DNA of 64,000 nucleotides from positions 32,001 to 96,000 of IMG/VR virus record IMGVR_UViG_3300046787_000316; one strand, given 5' to 3'. Below are positions 36,684-46,461 of this stretch, piece by piece. The notes beneath the pieces are model-generated. The model was not told where the DNA came from. It searched no databases and was given only the letters and a program-made list of their open reading frames with translations. The DNA is from a virus. Each line of letters opens with the position of its first letter. The stretch's first letter is position 1. The translations under genes were made by a program, and so were the position numbers.

Positions 36684-37679
36684 CTATAATAGACTTTGGT
36701 AAATATTTTTTTGAAAACTATACTTCTTTCCTATTATTTTTTCTAAATTGACTATAAAATGGGGTTCTAATTTATTTAATTTATAGTATATCATATTTTT
36801 GAATACGTTTAAATTTCTACCACCAAGTAAATGTAGGTATCCTTCAAAATTATAATCTATTAGCTCCTTCATTTCTTTTGGAGCTGCTGTTTCTAAATTA
36901 TCTGTATAAAAACGATATTCTCTATCTCTAACTATTATCTTTGTAAATCCATTAGTTTCCCAAAAATCTATCATATTCTCATTTGAACAAAATAAAACTT
37001 CTAAATCCAAATTCACATTACGTTTCAGTAAAGAACCAACAATTAAAACCTGTTCCATTACTGCGCCAGGGGTTGTTGAGTTTGGAAATGATTTTACTAT
37101 TTTTTTATTTTCTTTTATAAATTCAAATATTTCGCTATAACCATCCGATAATGCTTTCCAATCATTACCACCAACCACATTACAATTATATGCCAATAAT
37201 GGTCTTGATTCTTTTATAAAATCATAATCATAATTTTCATTTAAAAATGAAAAAAAGTTTAAATAGGTACGTTGCCAGTTAATAACATCATCCATTGGAC
37301 TTTGCTCATTGATACGTTCTTTAAATCCAAATAAAAATGGAGAATTGAATCGTTCAAAATCAAAATCTTCAAAAAAGATAGTATCATAATCTATCTGAAT
37401 GAATGGTTCGGTTTGTATTGAGTTTGTATAGATTTTACTAATAGCAAAAAATGTATTATCATCAATAAACTCTTTGAGTTCATTTTCAATGTTTTCGTAA
37501 AAATCCAATTCAATAGAATATTTCTTCAATAATTCTATAAATTCAGTAGTTGAGTATATACCAACCGTATATCCCAATTTTCTAAGAATTGTTGATGAAT
37601 ATTTAATACAAATTGCATCAAAAAATGTATATTCCGAATCAATACCCTTTAACGGAATATATGAATAAAATATTTTCAT
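36684..37679 (-). CDS. Putative GT-A nucleotide-sugar transferase
   Basis: KIYTNSIQTEPFIQIDYDTIF DxD motif; YLHLLGG; glycan island context. Confidence 0.5.
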   Translation of the reverse strand: MKIFYSYIPLKGIDSEYTFFDAICIKYSSTILRKLGYTVGIYSTTEFIELLKKYSIELDFYENIENELKEFIDDNTFFAISKIYTNSIQTEPFIQIDYDTIFFEDFDFERFNSPFLFGFKERINEQSPMDDVINWQRTYLNFFSFLNENYDYDFIKESRPLLAYNCNVVGGNDWKALSDGYSEIFEFIKENKKIVKSFPNSTTPGAVMEQVLIVGSLLKRNVNLDLEVLFCSNENMIDFWETNGFTKIIVRDREYRFYTDNLETAAPKEMKELIDYNFEGYLHLLGGRNLNVFKNMIYYKLNKLEPHFIVNLEKIIGKKYSFQKNIYQSLL

Positions 37680-37798
37680 TAAAAGTTTTTATATACGAAC
37701 GGGTCTCTTTTTTTAAGTTCCTCTAATTTCTTTTTAATTCGTTTTTTCATTTTATAGGCATCATACCATTTTATGAAAAGTTTAATTGGATTTATCAT
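37679..37798 (-). CDS. 39-aa basic small protein (not in ORF track)
   Basis: MINPIKLFIKWYDAYKMKKRIKKKLEELKKRDPFVYKNF; ATGA overlap upstream and TAATG overlap downstream. Confidence 0.7.
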   Translation of the reverse strand: MINPIKLFIKWYDAYKMKKRIKKKLEELKKRDPFVYKNF

Positions 37799-39234
37799 AA
37801 TATTGATTTTGTTAATTTTGGTATTAGATTATCTTTATCTGTTAATTTTAAAAAATGATAATGGTCTAATGATATTTTTTTACTACCAATATCGTACATC
37901 AATGCTTTGTTGTGTAAAATATTTGGTAACATCTTAGTAACCATTTGTTTTAATTCATCTATACTATAACTATTTAATCTGGTAATTTCATCGAAAATCA
38001 TTTGCAATCTCTTAGTTGGATTTGGCTCTGAATCATATCTCTCATCTATTAATGGATGAAACGTTTTAAATCCAAACTCATTTTTTAAGAATTTTAAAGA
38101 ATTAGCCGGTCCAATTAGTATAAATGGATGCCCATGTACAATTGGTTTCCATATTTTCTCCGAAAGATATCCACTTTCCTCATAAAATAATGTTTCCGAT
38201 ACTATTGATATCAATGAATTCAAATATAGTTCTTTATTTTCAAATCCATACCCCCACACATTTCCAATATCGGCATAATCTACTATCTTTGGCGAAGTAG
38301 ATTGAATATATTTTATAAATTCGGTATATTCGTTCTTTTCCAATTTCATAGATAAATCAGCAAGAGCAGGTGGTGTCATCAATTCATAATCATAACTAAC
38401 TAAGTTATCTTCTAACATATTCTGCTTCCATAGATAATATAATACTTCCAATCTATGTACTCTAATACGTCTATTTAAGTTATTAAATTTATATTTCTTA
38501 TTACTAAAGTCCGATACCTCATCTTCTAATAGAAAATTGTAAGATGTTTGCTTATGGTCATCTTTCCAAAAATGATAATCATCTTTATTCAATTTTTTAA
38601 AATATTCCTCTGCCTTTGAATTCAATGACCAACAGAAATGAATCAACTTTGGCATATTATCACCAAATATTGGCTTCATCATACTTTCTAAATTGAAATC
38701 GTTGTGGCAAATGATTATCTTATTAAATGGAATGTTTAAATCCAATAAACATTTATATAATTTGATTAGTTGGTATTTACTTATATTACCATCTATAACG
38801 TAATTTATAGTAAGAGTTCCACCCCAATCTCTAATTTCTTCCAAAGTTTTCGATGGAATTAATTTACTGAATGGTATATTGTTAGAAAATCTGTCTAAAC
38901 CTAAGAAGTTTGCAATATCCCCATAAGGTTCTATTAGATAATACCATTCGTAATAATTACCACGTTCTCTATCACGTATTACACTATGTACAGAACGAGT
39001 TTCTATTCCAAAATACCCAGGGTTTCCCATTTCATCATTTAATTGAACATTGAATCTTGCATTGAATACCGGCCATACCGATTTTAATTTATCAGTAAAG
39101 AAGTGTTCGGATGAATCAAAATGCCAATCAGTTTGATATGCGAATTCTAAAAATTTAGGATTAAGACAATTGGGAACTTCGTTATATGGAAATAACACAT
39201 CGTATGCAACTATTATCTTTTCAGTATTATTCAT
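37795..39234 (-). CDS. Putative GT-B glycosyltransferase (GT10-like C-terminus)
   Basis: ISIVSETLF...LSEKIWKPIVHGHPFILIG...GFKTF...IDERYD; paralog of 45142..46461. Confidence 0.45.
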   Translation of the reverse strand: MNNTEKIIVAYDVLFPYNEVPNCLNPKFLEFAYQTDWHFDSSEHFFTDKLKSVWPVFNARFNVQLNDEMGNPGYFGIETRSVHSVIRDRERGNYYEWYYLIEPYGDIANFLGLDRFSNNIPFSKLIPSKTLEEIRDWGGTLTINYVIDGNISKYQLIKLYKCLLDLNIPFNKIIICHNDFNLESMMKPIFGDNMPKLIHFCWSLNSKAEEYFKKLNKDDYHFWKDDHKQTSYNFLLEDEVSDFSNKKYKFNNLNRRIRVHRLEVLYYLWKQNMLEDNLVSYDYELMTPPALADLSMKLEKNEYTEFIKYIQSTSPKIVDYADIGNVWGYGFENKELYLNSLISIVSETLFYEESGYLSEKIWKPIVHGHPFILIGPANSLKFLKNEFGFKTFHPLIDERYDSEPNPTKRLQMIFDEITRLNSYSIDELKQMVTKMLPNILHNKALMYDIGSKKISLDHYHFLKLTDKDNLIPKLTKSIL

Positions 39235-39853
39235 TTATTGTAATCTTCAATGCGTAGAATTTAGAATCTCTAATCCATCCAAATCGGTCACACGCTATGA
39301 GTTCTATATTGTATTCATCACCTGCTACATTCTTTACATCATCGGGAGTAATTCCACCTAAGTTTCCTATGAGAATTATAACTCCATCTTTTTTCAAATA
39401 CTTACTTGCATTTTCAAAGAATTCTTGGTGTAAATACATATCCTCATCCAAAGACATCAATTCTTCTTGTATACTTGGATATCCACCAACCCTTGGAGAA
39501 GCGTAATGTGGTGGATTTATTATAATCGTATCAAATTTCATATTGGGCAAATTACTAAACCCATCGGATTGAATAAATTGCGTATTAGTCAATTCATTAT
39601 GTGATATTGTTTTTTCAATAAATGATGCGTTTTGACCATTTATATCAACCAAAACCAATTCATCAGCCATTCCTTTAAAATTGAGATAAAATCCCATAAA
39701 TCCTGGACCGGAACACATTTCTAATATAGTACCCTTTTTAATTGATTCAGCAACAACTTCATGTTTCAATGAATTTATACCAAAAGTAGTTCCACCGCCA
39801 TCGAATTCTATATCATAAAAAATCTTCTTACCTTCTATTGTAAATTGCTTCAT
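39227..39853 (-). CDS. Class I SAM-dependent methyltransferase (MTS/HemK-like)
   Basis: LEMCSGPG motif I and NPPHY motif IV. Confidence 0.8.
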   Translation of the reverse strand: MKQFTIEGKKIFYDIEFDGGGTTFGINSLKHEVVAESIKKGTILEMCSGPGFMGFYLNFKGMADELVLVDINGQNASFIEKTISHNELTNTQFIQSDGFSNLPNMKFDTIIINPPHYASPRVGGYPSIQEELMSLDEDMYLHQEFFENASKYLKKDGVIILIGNLGGITPDDVKNVAGDEYNIELIACDRFGWIRDSKFYALKITINE

Positions 39854-39856
39854 ATC

Positions 39857-40396
39857 TTAAACGTAATATAATTCAGGGTATTCAACTATGCAATGGATAC
39901 CACCATTACTATATGCGTTTGAATAAATTGTTTCAATATCTTTCCACTCCTTCAAATCATAAAATTCAATATTCTTACACAATGATTTGAATTCATTAAA
40001 ATAATTTCCTTTATGTTGATGGCCGGGGTCAAGCGGAGTATCCGAACCTTTTCCCAATCTGATTATAATATTTACCGTATTACCAGTCATCAATTCATAT
40101 TTATCCAAATGATTTACCAACTGATTTGTTGCTGATATTAGGAAATCCCATCGTGGGTAAAATGTAATAACTGTCTTGCCAGTCATAGCCATTCCCAAAC
40201 TCATTCCCATTTGAGTTTCCTCCATAACAGGTACCTCAATCATCTTCTCCTTTGGGACTTCTCCCAAAGTTGTACTCATTGGATTACCAGCGTAGATAAT
40301 TTGCTGTCCAATAAAAATTGTATCATCTTTACTAGCCAAATTAGTCATAGCATTGGTTAATGCATCCTTATATGGTGAATATTGTGGTGTACTCAT
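39857..40396 (-). CDS. TPP-enzyme pyrimidine-binding subunit (E1 beta / transketolase central domain, truncated)
   Basis: IFIGQQI, EVPVMEETQMGMSLGMAMTG, HQH; no C-terminal domain. Confidence 0.75.
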   Translation of the reverse strand: MSTPQYSPYKDALTNAMTNLASKDDTIFIGQQIIYAGNPMSTTLGEVPKEKMIEVPVMEETQMGMSLGMAMTGKTVITFYPRWDFLISATNQLVNHLDKYELMTGNTVNIIIRLGKGSDTPLDPGHQHKGNYFNEFKSLCKNIEFYDLKEWKDIETIYSNAYSNGGIHCIVEYPELYYV

Positions 40397-41388
40397 TATG
40401 GTCTTGAGTTTGGATTATATAAATGTTTATTAGCCTTATACCACTCTATGGTTTCTTTAAGAGCTTCTTTTAAATTTCTTTTTGGTTTCCAACCTAAATC
40501 ATTAATCTTTTTGGATGATAGTAATCTGATAGGAATCATTGGTGCTTTATTGTTCACATATTCGATTGGATTCGTATTACCATCCAATTCCTTAATCGTA
40601 TTCAACGTTTCGTTTACTGTGAATCCTTCTCCGTAACAAACATTAAAGATATCGTATGTATCACAATTTTCTGCTACGAAAATAAAACCATCTGCCATAT
40701 CTTCAACATGTAGTAAATCTCTCACTTCTGTTCCATCTCCCCAAACAGGTATTGGATTTAACCCATCGGCTACTTTACGAATATTCGCAGGTGTAACGTG
40801 GCACTTTTCAAAATCAAACTTATCATTTGGTCCAAATGCGTTTGAAGGTCTAACAATCAAACATTGCATTGGTTCGTGAATCTGATTAGAAAAGAAATCA
40901 CATAACATCTCACCATATCTCTTCATACCACCAACTGCTTTATAAACCGGCAACAATGGAGTTGCATGAACGTTAATATCTTCAACACAAAATTCAGTTC
41001 CCATATCTGGGTATGTTGTATTTGATGATATAAATAAAAATTTACGAACTTTGTTTTTCCAACTTTGTTCCATTAAATTAGTATTCATCTCTACGTTTGG
41101 AGTAACGTGTAATAATGGATTAAATTTGGTATCCAATGCGTTTGAAGTGTTTGCTGCGCAATGGAATACTACATCCACATCTTTTGTAATTTTTTCACAA
41201 AACTCTGCATTTTGTAAATTTCCTACAATGTGTTCTACATTTTCAGTTCCTTCAAAATCGTTTCTTAAACCTCTACTAAATGAAGTTGAACGTAGATTTG
41301 TATATCCTTTTTGATGTAACAATCTTAAAAGATGTGAACCAATGAATCCACTTGCTCCCGTAACTAAAATCTTATCTGTCTTTTTCAT
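40396..41388 (-). CDS. Extended SDR NDP-sugar epimerase/reductase (GDP-fucose-synthase-like)
   Basis: LVTGASGFIG, FLFISSNTTY, RPSNAFGPND, VWGDGTEVRDLLHVED. Confidence 0.85.
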   Translation of the reverse strand: MKKTDKILVTGASGFIGSHLLRLLHQKGYTNLRSTSFSRGLRNDFEGTENVEHIVGNLQNAEFCEKITKDVDVVFHCAANTSNALDTKFNPLLHVTPNVEMNTNLMEQSWKNKVRKFLFISSNTTYPDMGTEFCVEDINVHATPLLPVYKAVGGMKRYGEMLCDFFSNQIHEPMQCLIVRPSNAFGPNDKFDFEKCHVTPANIRKVADGLNPIPVWGDGTEVRDLLHVEDMADGFIFVAENCDTYDIFNVCYGEGFTVNETLNTIKELDGNTNPIEYVNNKAPMIPIRLLSSKKINDLGWKPKRNLKEALKETIEWYKANKHLYNPNSRP

Positions 41389-41408
41389 ATTTAATTATTT
41401 GTAATCAA

Positions 41409-41440
41409 TAAAGATACAACATTTTTTTGTAATTAACAAA
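41409..41440 (-). promoter_or_regulatory. Bacteroidota-type housekeeping promoter
   Basis: Minus strand TTTG-N20-TATCTTTA upstream of 40396..41388. Confidence 0.55.
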
Positions 41441-42077
41441 AATTTATGTAACAAAATCTATTATAATTTTTAACTTTTTCAACTGCGTGAAATGGATTGT
41501 GTTTTGTAAAATCTAATATAGCAACATTTCCAAAAATAGGTTTAACTATATTTGTATGTTCTATTATTAACTCACCACCATTACCCTCAATATAATTGTG
41601 GGTTAGATATATTAATATAACACAATTTGGCTTGTTTTCAGAATACGATGCATCTTGATGATTAATTAAGTAGCAGCCATCGTTATACATAGTTAGTTGT
41701 GATGAACCTTTGAATTCCGAATCGTAGAATGTTTTAAATATAGTTTCAGCCAATTTAGCCGATTCATTTATATATTTAGGATAATCGAAGTACCAAATTT
41801 GGTCAACTGAATTATCCACACCATTGGTATAATTTTCTAATATATCATTCTTAATGATTTCCAACTCATCAAATGGTGCATCTAATATAGATGATTTGTA
41901 TGGCGATTTCTTATTCAATTCTATAATAGAATTTCTCAAATTACGAAAAGATGAAGGTTTCAATGTTTCAATTGGAAACAATTTTTCTAATTTAAGAAAT
42001 AAATCGTTATTTAATTCACTTAAATGAAATGAAACGTATCCTTTATTGAATAATTCGTTTTTTAAAACAGATTCCAT
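41433..42077 (-). CDS. 2OG-Fe(II) oxygenase (prolyl-4-hydroxylase-like)
   Basis: HQD...ILIYLT...GGEL...FHAVEKV...R facial triad and 2OG-binding Arg. Confidence 0.8.
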   Translation of the reverse strand: MESVLKNELFNKGYVSFHLSELNNDLFLKLEKLFPIETLKPSSFRNLRNSIIELNKKSPYKSSILDAPFDELEIIKNDILENYTNGVDNSVDQIWYFDYPKYINESAKLAETIFKTFYDSEFKGSSQLTMYNDGCYLINHQDASYSENKPNCVILIYLTHNYIEGNGGELIIEHTNIVKPIFGNVAILDFTKHNPFHAVEKVKNYNRFCYINFC

Positions 42078-43147
42078 TGTGATATTATATTTTTTGTGAA
42101 TATTTTATACATTCTAGCCGATACGTGTCCCAATGGACACCCATCATTATATAGTTCAATCAATTTATCTTCGGTATATTCCCCATCTACTCTTTGCTCC
42201 ATAAATAATGAATTATTGTAGTTGGTATCTCTATTGGAATCATTTATATCATAATTACGAATTGCCCATTCAATTACTCCACCAAATTTATGAATACCCT
42301 CTTCTTCATAAAACCAAAACGTATTCCAATCTACCATATTATAGTAATATTCCAAATATGGATTTTTAAAATAGCTCATAGAGTCATTATAGGTGTTTGG
42401 TATGTATTTGTTTTTTATAATTTCATACATTTCGTTATGCGGCGAATTCTCTGGCTTAAACATTGGGAATCCTCCACCATTTATACAATTTAAAACGTAT
42501 GTATCTGAAAAGTTATTAGATATGTTGAACATCTTATATTTTATACCATTTGATTTAAAATACATTTGTAACATAATGATTGTTTCTAAAAATACAAGCA
42601 ATCTCTCTTCATACGAATGATAGTGTCCTAAGTTTAAATAAGCAAATTCTCTCATAGGATTTTTAACATGCTCCATTCCGAATCCACCTGATAGGAAATA
42701 GTATCCGTTTTCACCAATACTATTTTTTTCTTCTACGAAATCATTAATATGCGCATAATCATCATCCCACCTCTTACCATGCTGTGGTAGTTTTAGTTTT
42801 GGATTTTCATTTATCTTTGATGGTGACACAAAATAACTATTTCTATAAAAAGATGACCATTGTACTATAACCGAAATATCAGATGTATCAATTCCTTCTT
42901 TTTTTAATTTTTCGATTTTGTAAATTATATTTCTAGCTATTACTTGATTATCGTTTGTAACATTTCCCAAATTTATAACTTTCAATTCAGGGTTTGCTTC
43001 TTGAATTTGATGTGCGTAATAATTAAATTCATTCGAATGAGAATGCCTTGCCATATCATCTTCTTCCATAAAATTATCAGCGGTTACATCGATATTAATT
43101 CGACCTGCTCGTGTGAATGAGCAACCATTTGTAATTAAATATTTCAT
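42062..43147 (-). CDS. SGNH/GDSL-like protein
   Basis: ITNGCSFT block I, VIVQWS, C-terminal GHVS. Confidence 0.5.
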   Translation of the reverse strand: MKYLITNGCSFTRAGRINIDVTADNFMEEDDMARHSHSNEFNYYAHQIQEANPELKVINLGNVTNDNQVIARNIIYKIEKLKKEGIDTSDISVIVQWSSFYRNSYFVSPSKINENPKLKLPQHGKRWDDDYAHINDFVEEKNSIGENGYYFLSGGFGMEHVKNPMREFAYLNLGHYHSYEERLLVFLETIIMLQMYFKSNGIKYKMFNISNNFSDTYVLNCINGGGFPMFKPENSPHNEMYEIIKNKYIPNTYNDSMSYFKNPYLEYYYNMVDWNTFWFYEEEGIHKFGGVIEWAIRNYDINDSNRDTNYNNSLFMEQRVDGEYTEDKLIELYNDGCPLGHVSARMYKIFTKNIISQWNLF

Positions 43148-44154
43148 AAGAATTTTGGTTTTAAAATATCAAAATAAAACTTTCTCCACATTAACGTAGA
43201 TGGGTGTCCATACGATTTATCATTGAAGTAATTCTTAATATCCGTATCTGACATAAATTCCATTTCAAAATAGATATTTTTACTTAAATTTAAACCACTA
43301 TCATCTACAATGTTCTCATCCCAATTACCCAAAGTCCATTCCAATGCTCCCCCACATTTGTGATATCCATCTATCTGATAATACCAAAAATCATTTTCAA
43401 AATCTATTAAATCTATTAAATAATTAATATATGGGTTATCCATAAACATACCGGCTTCCCAATTTTCTCCAACCAATTTATATTTAAGTAAGTTTGGTCC
43501 AAAATCTATAACCGGCTCTTGTGTTCTGTTATTTAAGTTATCGTATGTAGAAAATGAATTGGATGTGATATTATTATTCATTTGAAAATATTTGTATTTT
43601 ATTCCCAAACTTTTACAGAATGATGACATCATAATTATATTCTTCAACCAAGATATTATACGTTCTTCGTTTGAGTATTGATGTGCAAAATAATTAAACG
43701 TTATATCATTTAGTTTATCCAAATTATCGGTGCGATTGTATCCACCAGTTAGATATTTGAAACCATGTTCATACGGATATCGTTTTTCTGAAATGAAATC
43801 ATTGGTATGTATCCTATTAGTCATCTCACTACGGCTTACCATATATTTTGGTATATAGAATGAATTTCTACTCAATGCAGACCACTGTATTATAACTTCA
43901 ATATCAGTTGGGTTAATACCATCTTTCATTAATTTACTAATGGCATACATAACACTTTCAACAATTGTACTATTATCATTTGTAGGGCAACCATAGTTAT
44001 GAACTTTATAGTTATCCGATTCGTAATATTGTATCCACTCTACCCAAGTCCAACTTTCCATATTTTTATCAAACAATGGATACTCCGTTGGCATGTCGAT
44101 ATTTGGTTTTACTAAATTAGTAAAAGAACATCCAGATGTTACGAGGTGTTTCAT
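43144..44154 (-). CDS. SGNH/GDSL-like protein (tandem paralog)
   Basis: VTSGCSFT, VIIQWS, GHPS; aligns by eye with 42062..43147. Confidence 0.5.
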   Translation of the reverse strand: MKHLVTSGCSFTNLVKPNIDMPTEYPLFDKNMESWTWVEWIQYYESDNYKVHNYGCPTNDNSTIVESVMYAISKLMKDGINPTDIEVIIQWSALSRNSFYIPKYMVSRSEMTNRIHTNDFISEKRYPYEHGFKYLTGGYNRTDNLDKLNDITFNYFAHQYSNEERIISWLKNIIMMSSFCKSLGIKYKYFQMNNNITSNSFSTYDNLNNRTQEPVIDFGPNLLKYKLVGENWEAGMFMDNPYINYLIDLIDFENDFWYYQIDGYHKCGGALEWTLGNWDENIVDDSGLNLSKNIYFEMEFMSDTDIKNYFNDKSYGHPSTLMWRKFYFDILKPKFL

Positions 44155-45152
44155 TACAATTTACTTTTATATGCTAATATTGATTTTGTAAGTCCTTCTT
44201 TCAAAGTAGTTTGTGGCAAAATACCATATTTGGTTTGTTTTTTAGAACCTAAACATCTAATGGCATCTCCATTTGTTTTAGTTTCATCCCACACTATATT
44301 TTTCTCTATCCCACTTATTTCTTTATATGCTTCAACGATAGTTTCAATTGTTTCTTTAATTGTAACTGCTTCGCCACATCCAAAATTGATTATGTCCTTA
44401 ACTTCCTTTTTAACAACATCGATAGTCGCTTGAGCTACATCATCTCCAAATACAAAATCTCTTTTAGAAGAACCATTTCCCCAACAAATCATATCATCTC
44501 CTTCTACATTAAATAACTTCCATATATTAGAACTAATTACAGTAGCATCTTGAGCAAAATTATCATTTGTGCCATAGATGTTAGATGGGCGTATTACAGT
44601 CCAATTATCCCATCCGTATTGAATCCTAAGCGAATCTAACGTAAGTTCTCCCATACGTTTTGTCCAACCTGGATGCCAATCTAATCGAGATGGAGTTGAT
44701 GCCCAAGTTTCTTCTTGTGACCAAATATCTTCTTCGTGCATTACATCGGCTGGCGAATATACACCAACTGATGAAAGATATACAAACCAATCAACTTTTG
44801 CATCAAATGATGCTTTAATCATATTGGTATTAAACATCAACATTGGGAATAAATAATCAGCAGGTTGCGTTGATGAACGAGCGGGTGAACCTTTTACTCC
44901 AGCAATATGTAATACTATATCAATCTTCTCATTTTCGAATAATTGTTCACAATGTGAAAGATATGTTAAATCTGTTTGAACTAATATCAATCTATCTAAA
45001 CCATATTTAGATTGTAGTTCTCTCAATGATTCGCCGATTTTTAAATCAACTGCCATTACATTAGAACCTTCTTCTAAACACTTTTCAATTGTTGGTAATC
45101 CAACCAACCCATTTGCTCCCGTTACTAAAACGTTTTTGCCTTTAAATTCCAT
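44154..45152 (-). CDS. Extended SDR NDP-sugar epimerase/reductase
   Basis: LVTGANGLVG, YLSSVGVY, RPSNIYGTND, WGNGSSKRDFVF. Confidence 0.85.
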   Translation of the reverse strand: MEFKGKNVLVTGANGLVGLPTIEKCLEEGSNVMAVDLKIGESLRELQSKYGLDRLILVQTDLTYLSHCEQLFENEKIDIVLHIAGVKGSPARSSTQPADYLFPMLMFNTNMIKASFDAKVDWFVYLSSVGVYSPADVMHEEDIWSQEETWASTPSRLDWHPGWTKRMGELTLDSLRIQYGWDNWTVIRPSNIYGTNDNFAQDATVISSNIWKLFNVEGDDMICWGNGSSKRDFVFGDDVAQATIDVVKKEVKDIINFGCGEAVTIKETIETIVEAYKEISGIEKNIVWDETKTNGDAIRCLGSKKQTKYGILPQTTLKEGLTKSILAYKSKL

Positions 45153-46461
45153 AATTTTTTATTTTTTGTAAACTATTTTCAAATACATCATACTTTGTAA
45201 AACTTAATAGATGATTCCTATTATATATACATATATTTTTCAATTCTAATAGTAGTTGATTTAGTTCAGTTATATCGAATTGAGATATACGAAGTATTTC
45301 ATCGCATACCATTTTAAATCGTTTTTGAGAATTAGTTTCATTATCATATTCCTCATTTATATAAGGTGAGAATGTTTTAAATCCTAATTCTTGCATTATT
45401 TTTAAATGTCCATTTGAAGAAAATACAATGAAAGGTTGTAAATTAATAATTGGATGAAATGTTTTTTCCGAAAGGAATACTCTGTTATTTGTAAATGTAG
45501 TTTCAGTTACAATGTTAATAGCAGATTCCATATACAATGGCTTATAGTATATTTCGGAAGTTCTGAATTCAGATATGTTAATACGTTTATCCAAAAATTG
45601 AGTATCCAACTCCATTGGTATTTTATTAAAAAAAATGGAATCATACTCCATATATGACTGCGCATCTACTTTCGAAAGCACCTCATTTAATTCATCTACA
45701 TTTTTAGGATTGTGGCATACTAAGAAACTAAAATTACCAATATCCCATAGATTATTTTTTTCTAAAAATAAACCCAATGCATATCGATGTGGTCTATCAA
45801 CGTGTCTATTCATTGAAATAAAGTGTTTTTGTTTTTTAGTATCAAATACACTATGGTCTACTATTTCGGTAGTAAATTCAACTTGATTAGATTTATATGT
45901 TTTATTTCTTAATAATAGTTTTAAAGATTGTGCAGTATTTGCCAAAAAGAAATGGTCTGATATATAATTTATATTAGAATTTGTTGGAATATTGTTTGCG
46001 CTTGTTAATATAAAGAAATTAGATGGATTTATGTTGTTATCTCTACAAAATGTTTCTATTTGATTATTAAAAACAACATCGTATAAAGGTTCACCAAACC
46101 AATTAAATATTACCTTTAGTTGATTCGATTTTAACCTATCCAACACATTATCGGATATATTATTTATAAATTCATTATTGTAATATGGAACAGGTGTGTA
46201 TGATTCGCATATATAATACAATACATCATCTGATATATCGGTGGTTTGTAAATTATGTTTAAATACATACCCAGTTGATAATGTGCCAGAAAATTTATTA
46301 GTTCTACGTTCTCTTAAAAAAGAATCCCAATTGTAATCTATTGAGCATAACGTATTGTATTCATCTAATTCAATTTTGGAAAGGTTGTTTGGAAGTATTC
46401 TACCAAATTTATCTACATTTTCAAAGTAGAATTTAAAAGGCAATCCATTTACCTGTTCCAT
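45142..46461 (-). CDS. Putative GT-B glycosyltransferase (GT10-like C-terminus)
   Basis: INIVTETTF...LSEKTFHPIINLQPF...GFKTF...INEEYD; paralog of 37795..39234. Confidence 0.45.
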   Translation of the reverse strand: MEQVNGLPFKFYFENVDKFGRILPNNLSKIELDEYNTLCSIDYNWDSFLRERRTNKFSGTLSTGYVFKHNLQTTDISDDVLYYICESYTPVPYYNNEFINNISDNVLDRLKSNQLKVIFNWFGEPLYDVVFNNQIETFCRDNNINPSNFFILTSANNIPTNSNINYISDHFFLANTAQSLKLLLRNKTYKSNQVEFTTEIVDHSVFDTKKQKHFISMNRHVDRPHRYALGLFLEKNNLWDIGNFSFLVCHNPKNVDELNEVLSKVDAQSYMEYDSIFFNKIPMELDTQFLDKRINISEFRTSEIYYKPLYMESAINIVTETTFTNNRVFLSEKTFHPIINLQPFIVFSSNGHLKIMQELGFKTFSPYINEEYDNETNSQKRFKMVCDEILRISQFDITELNQLLLELKNICIYNRNHLLSFTKYDVFENSLQKIKNYGI

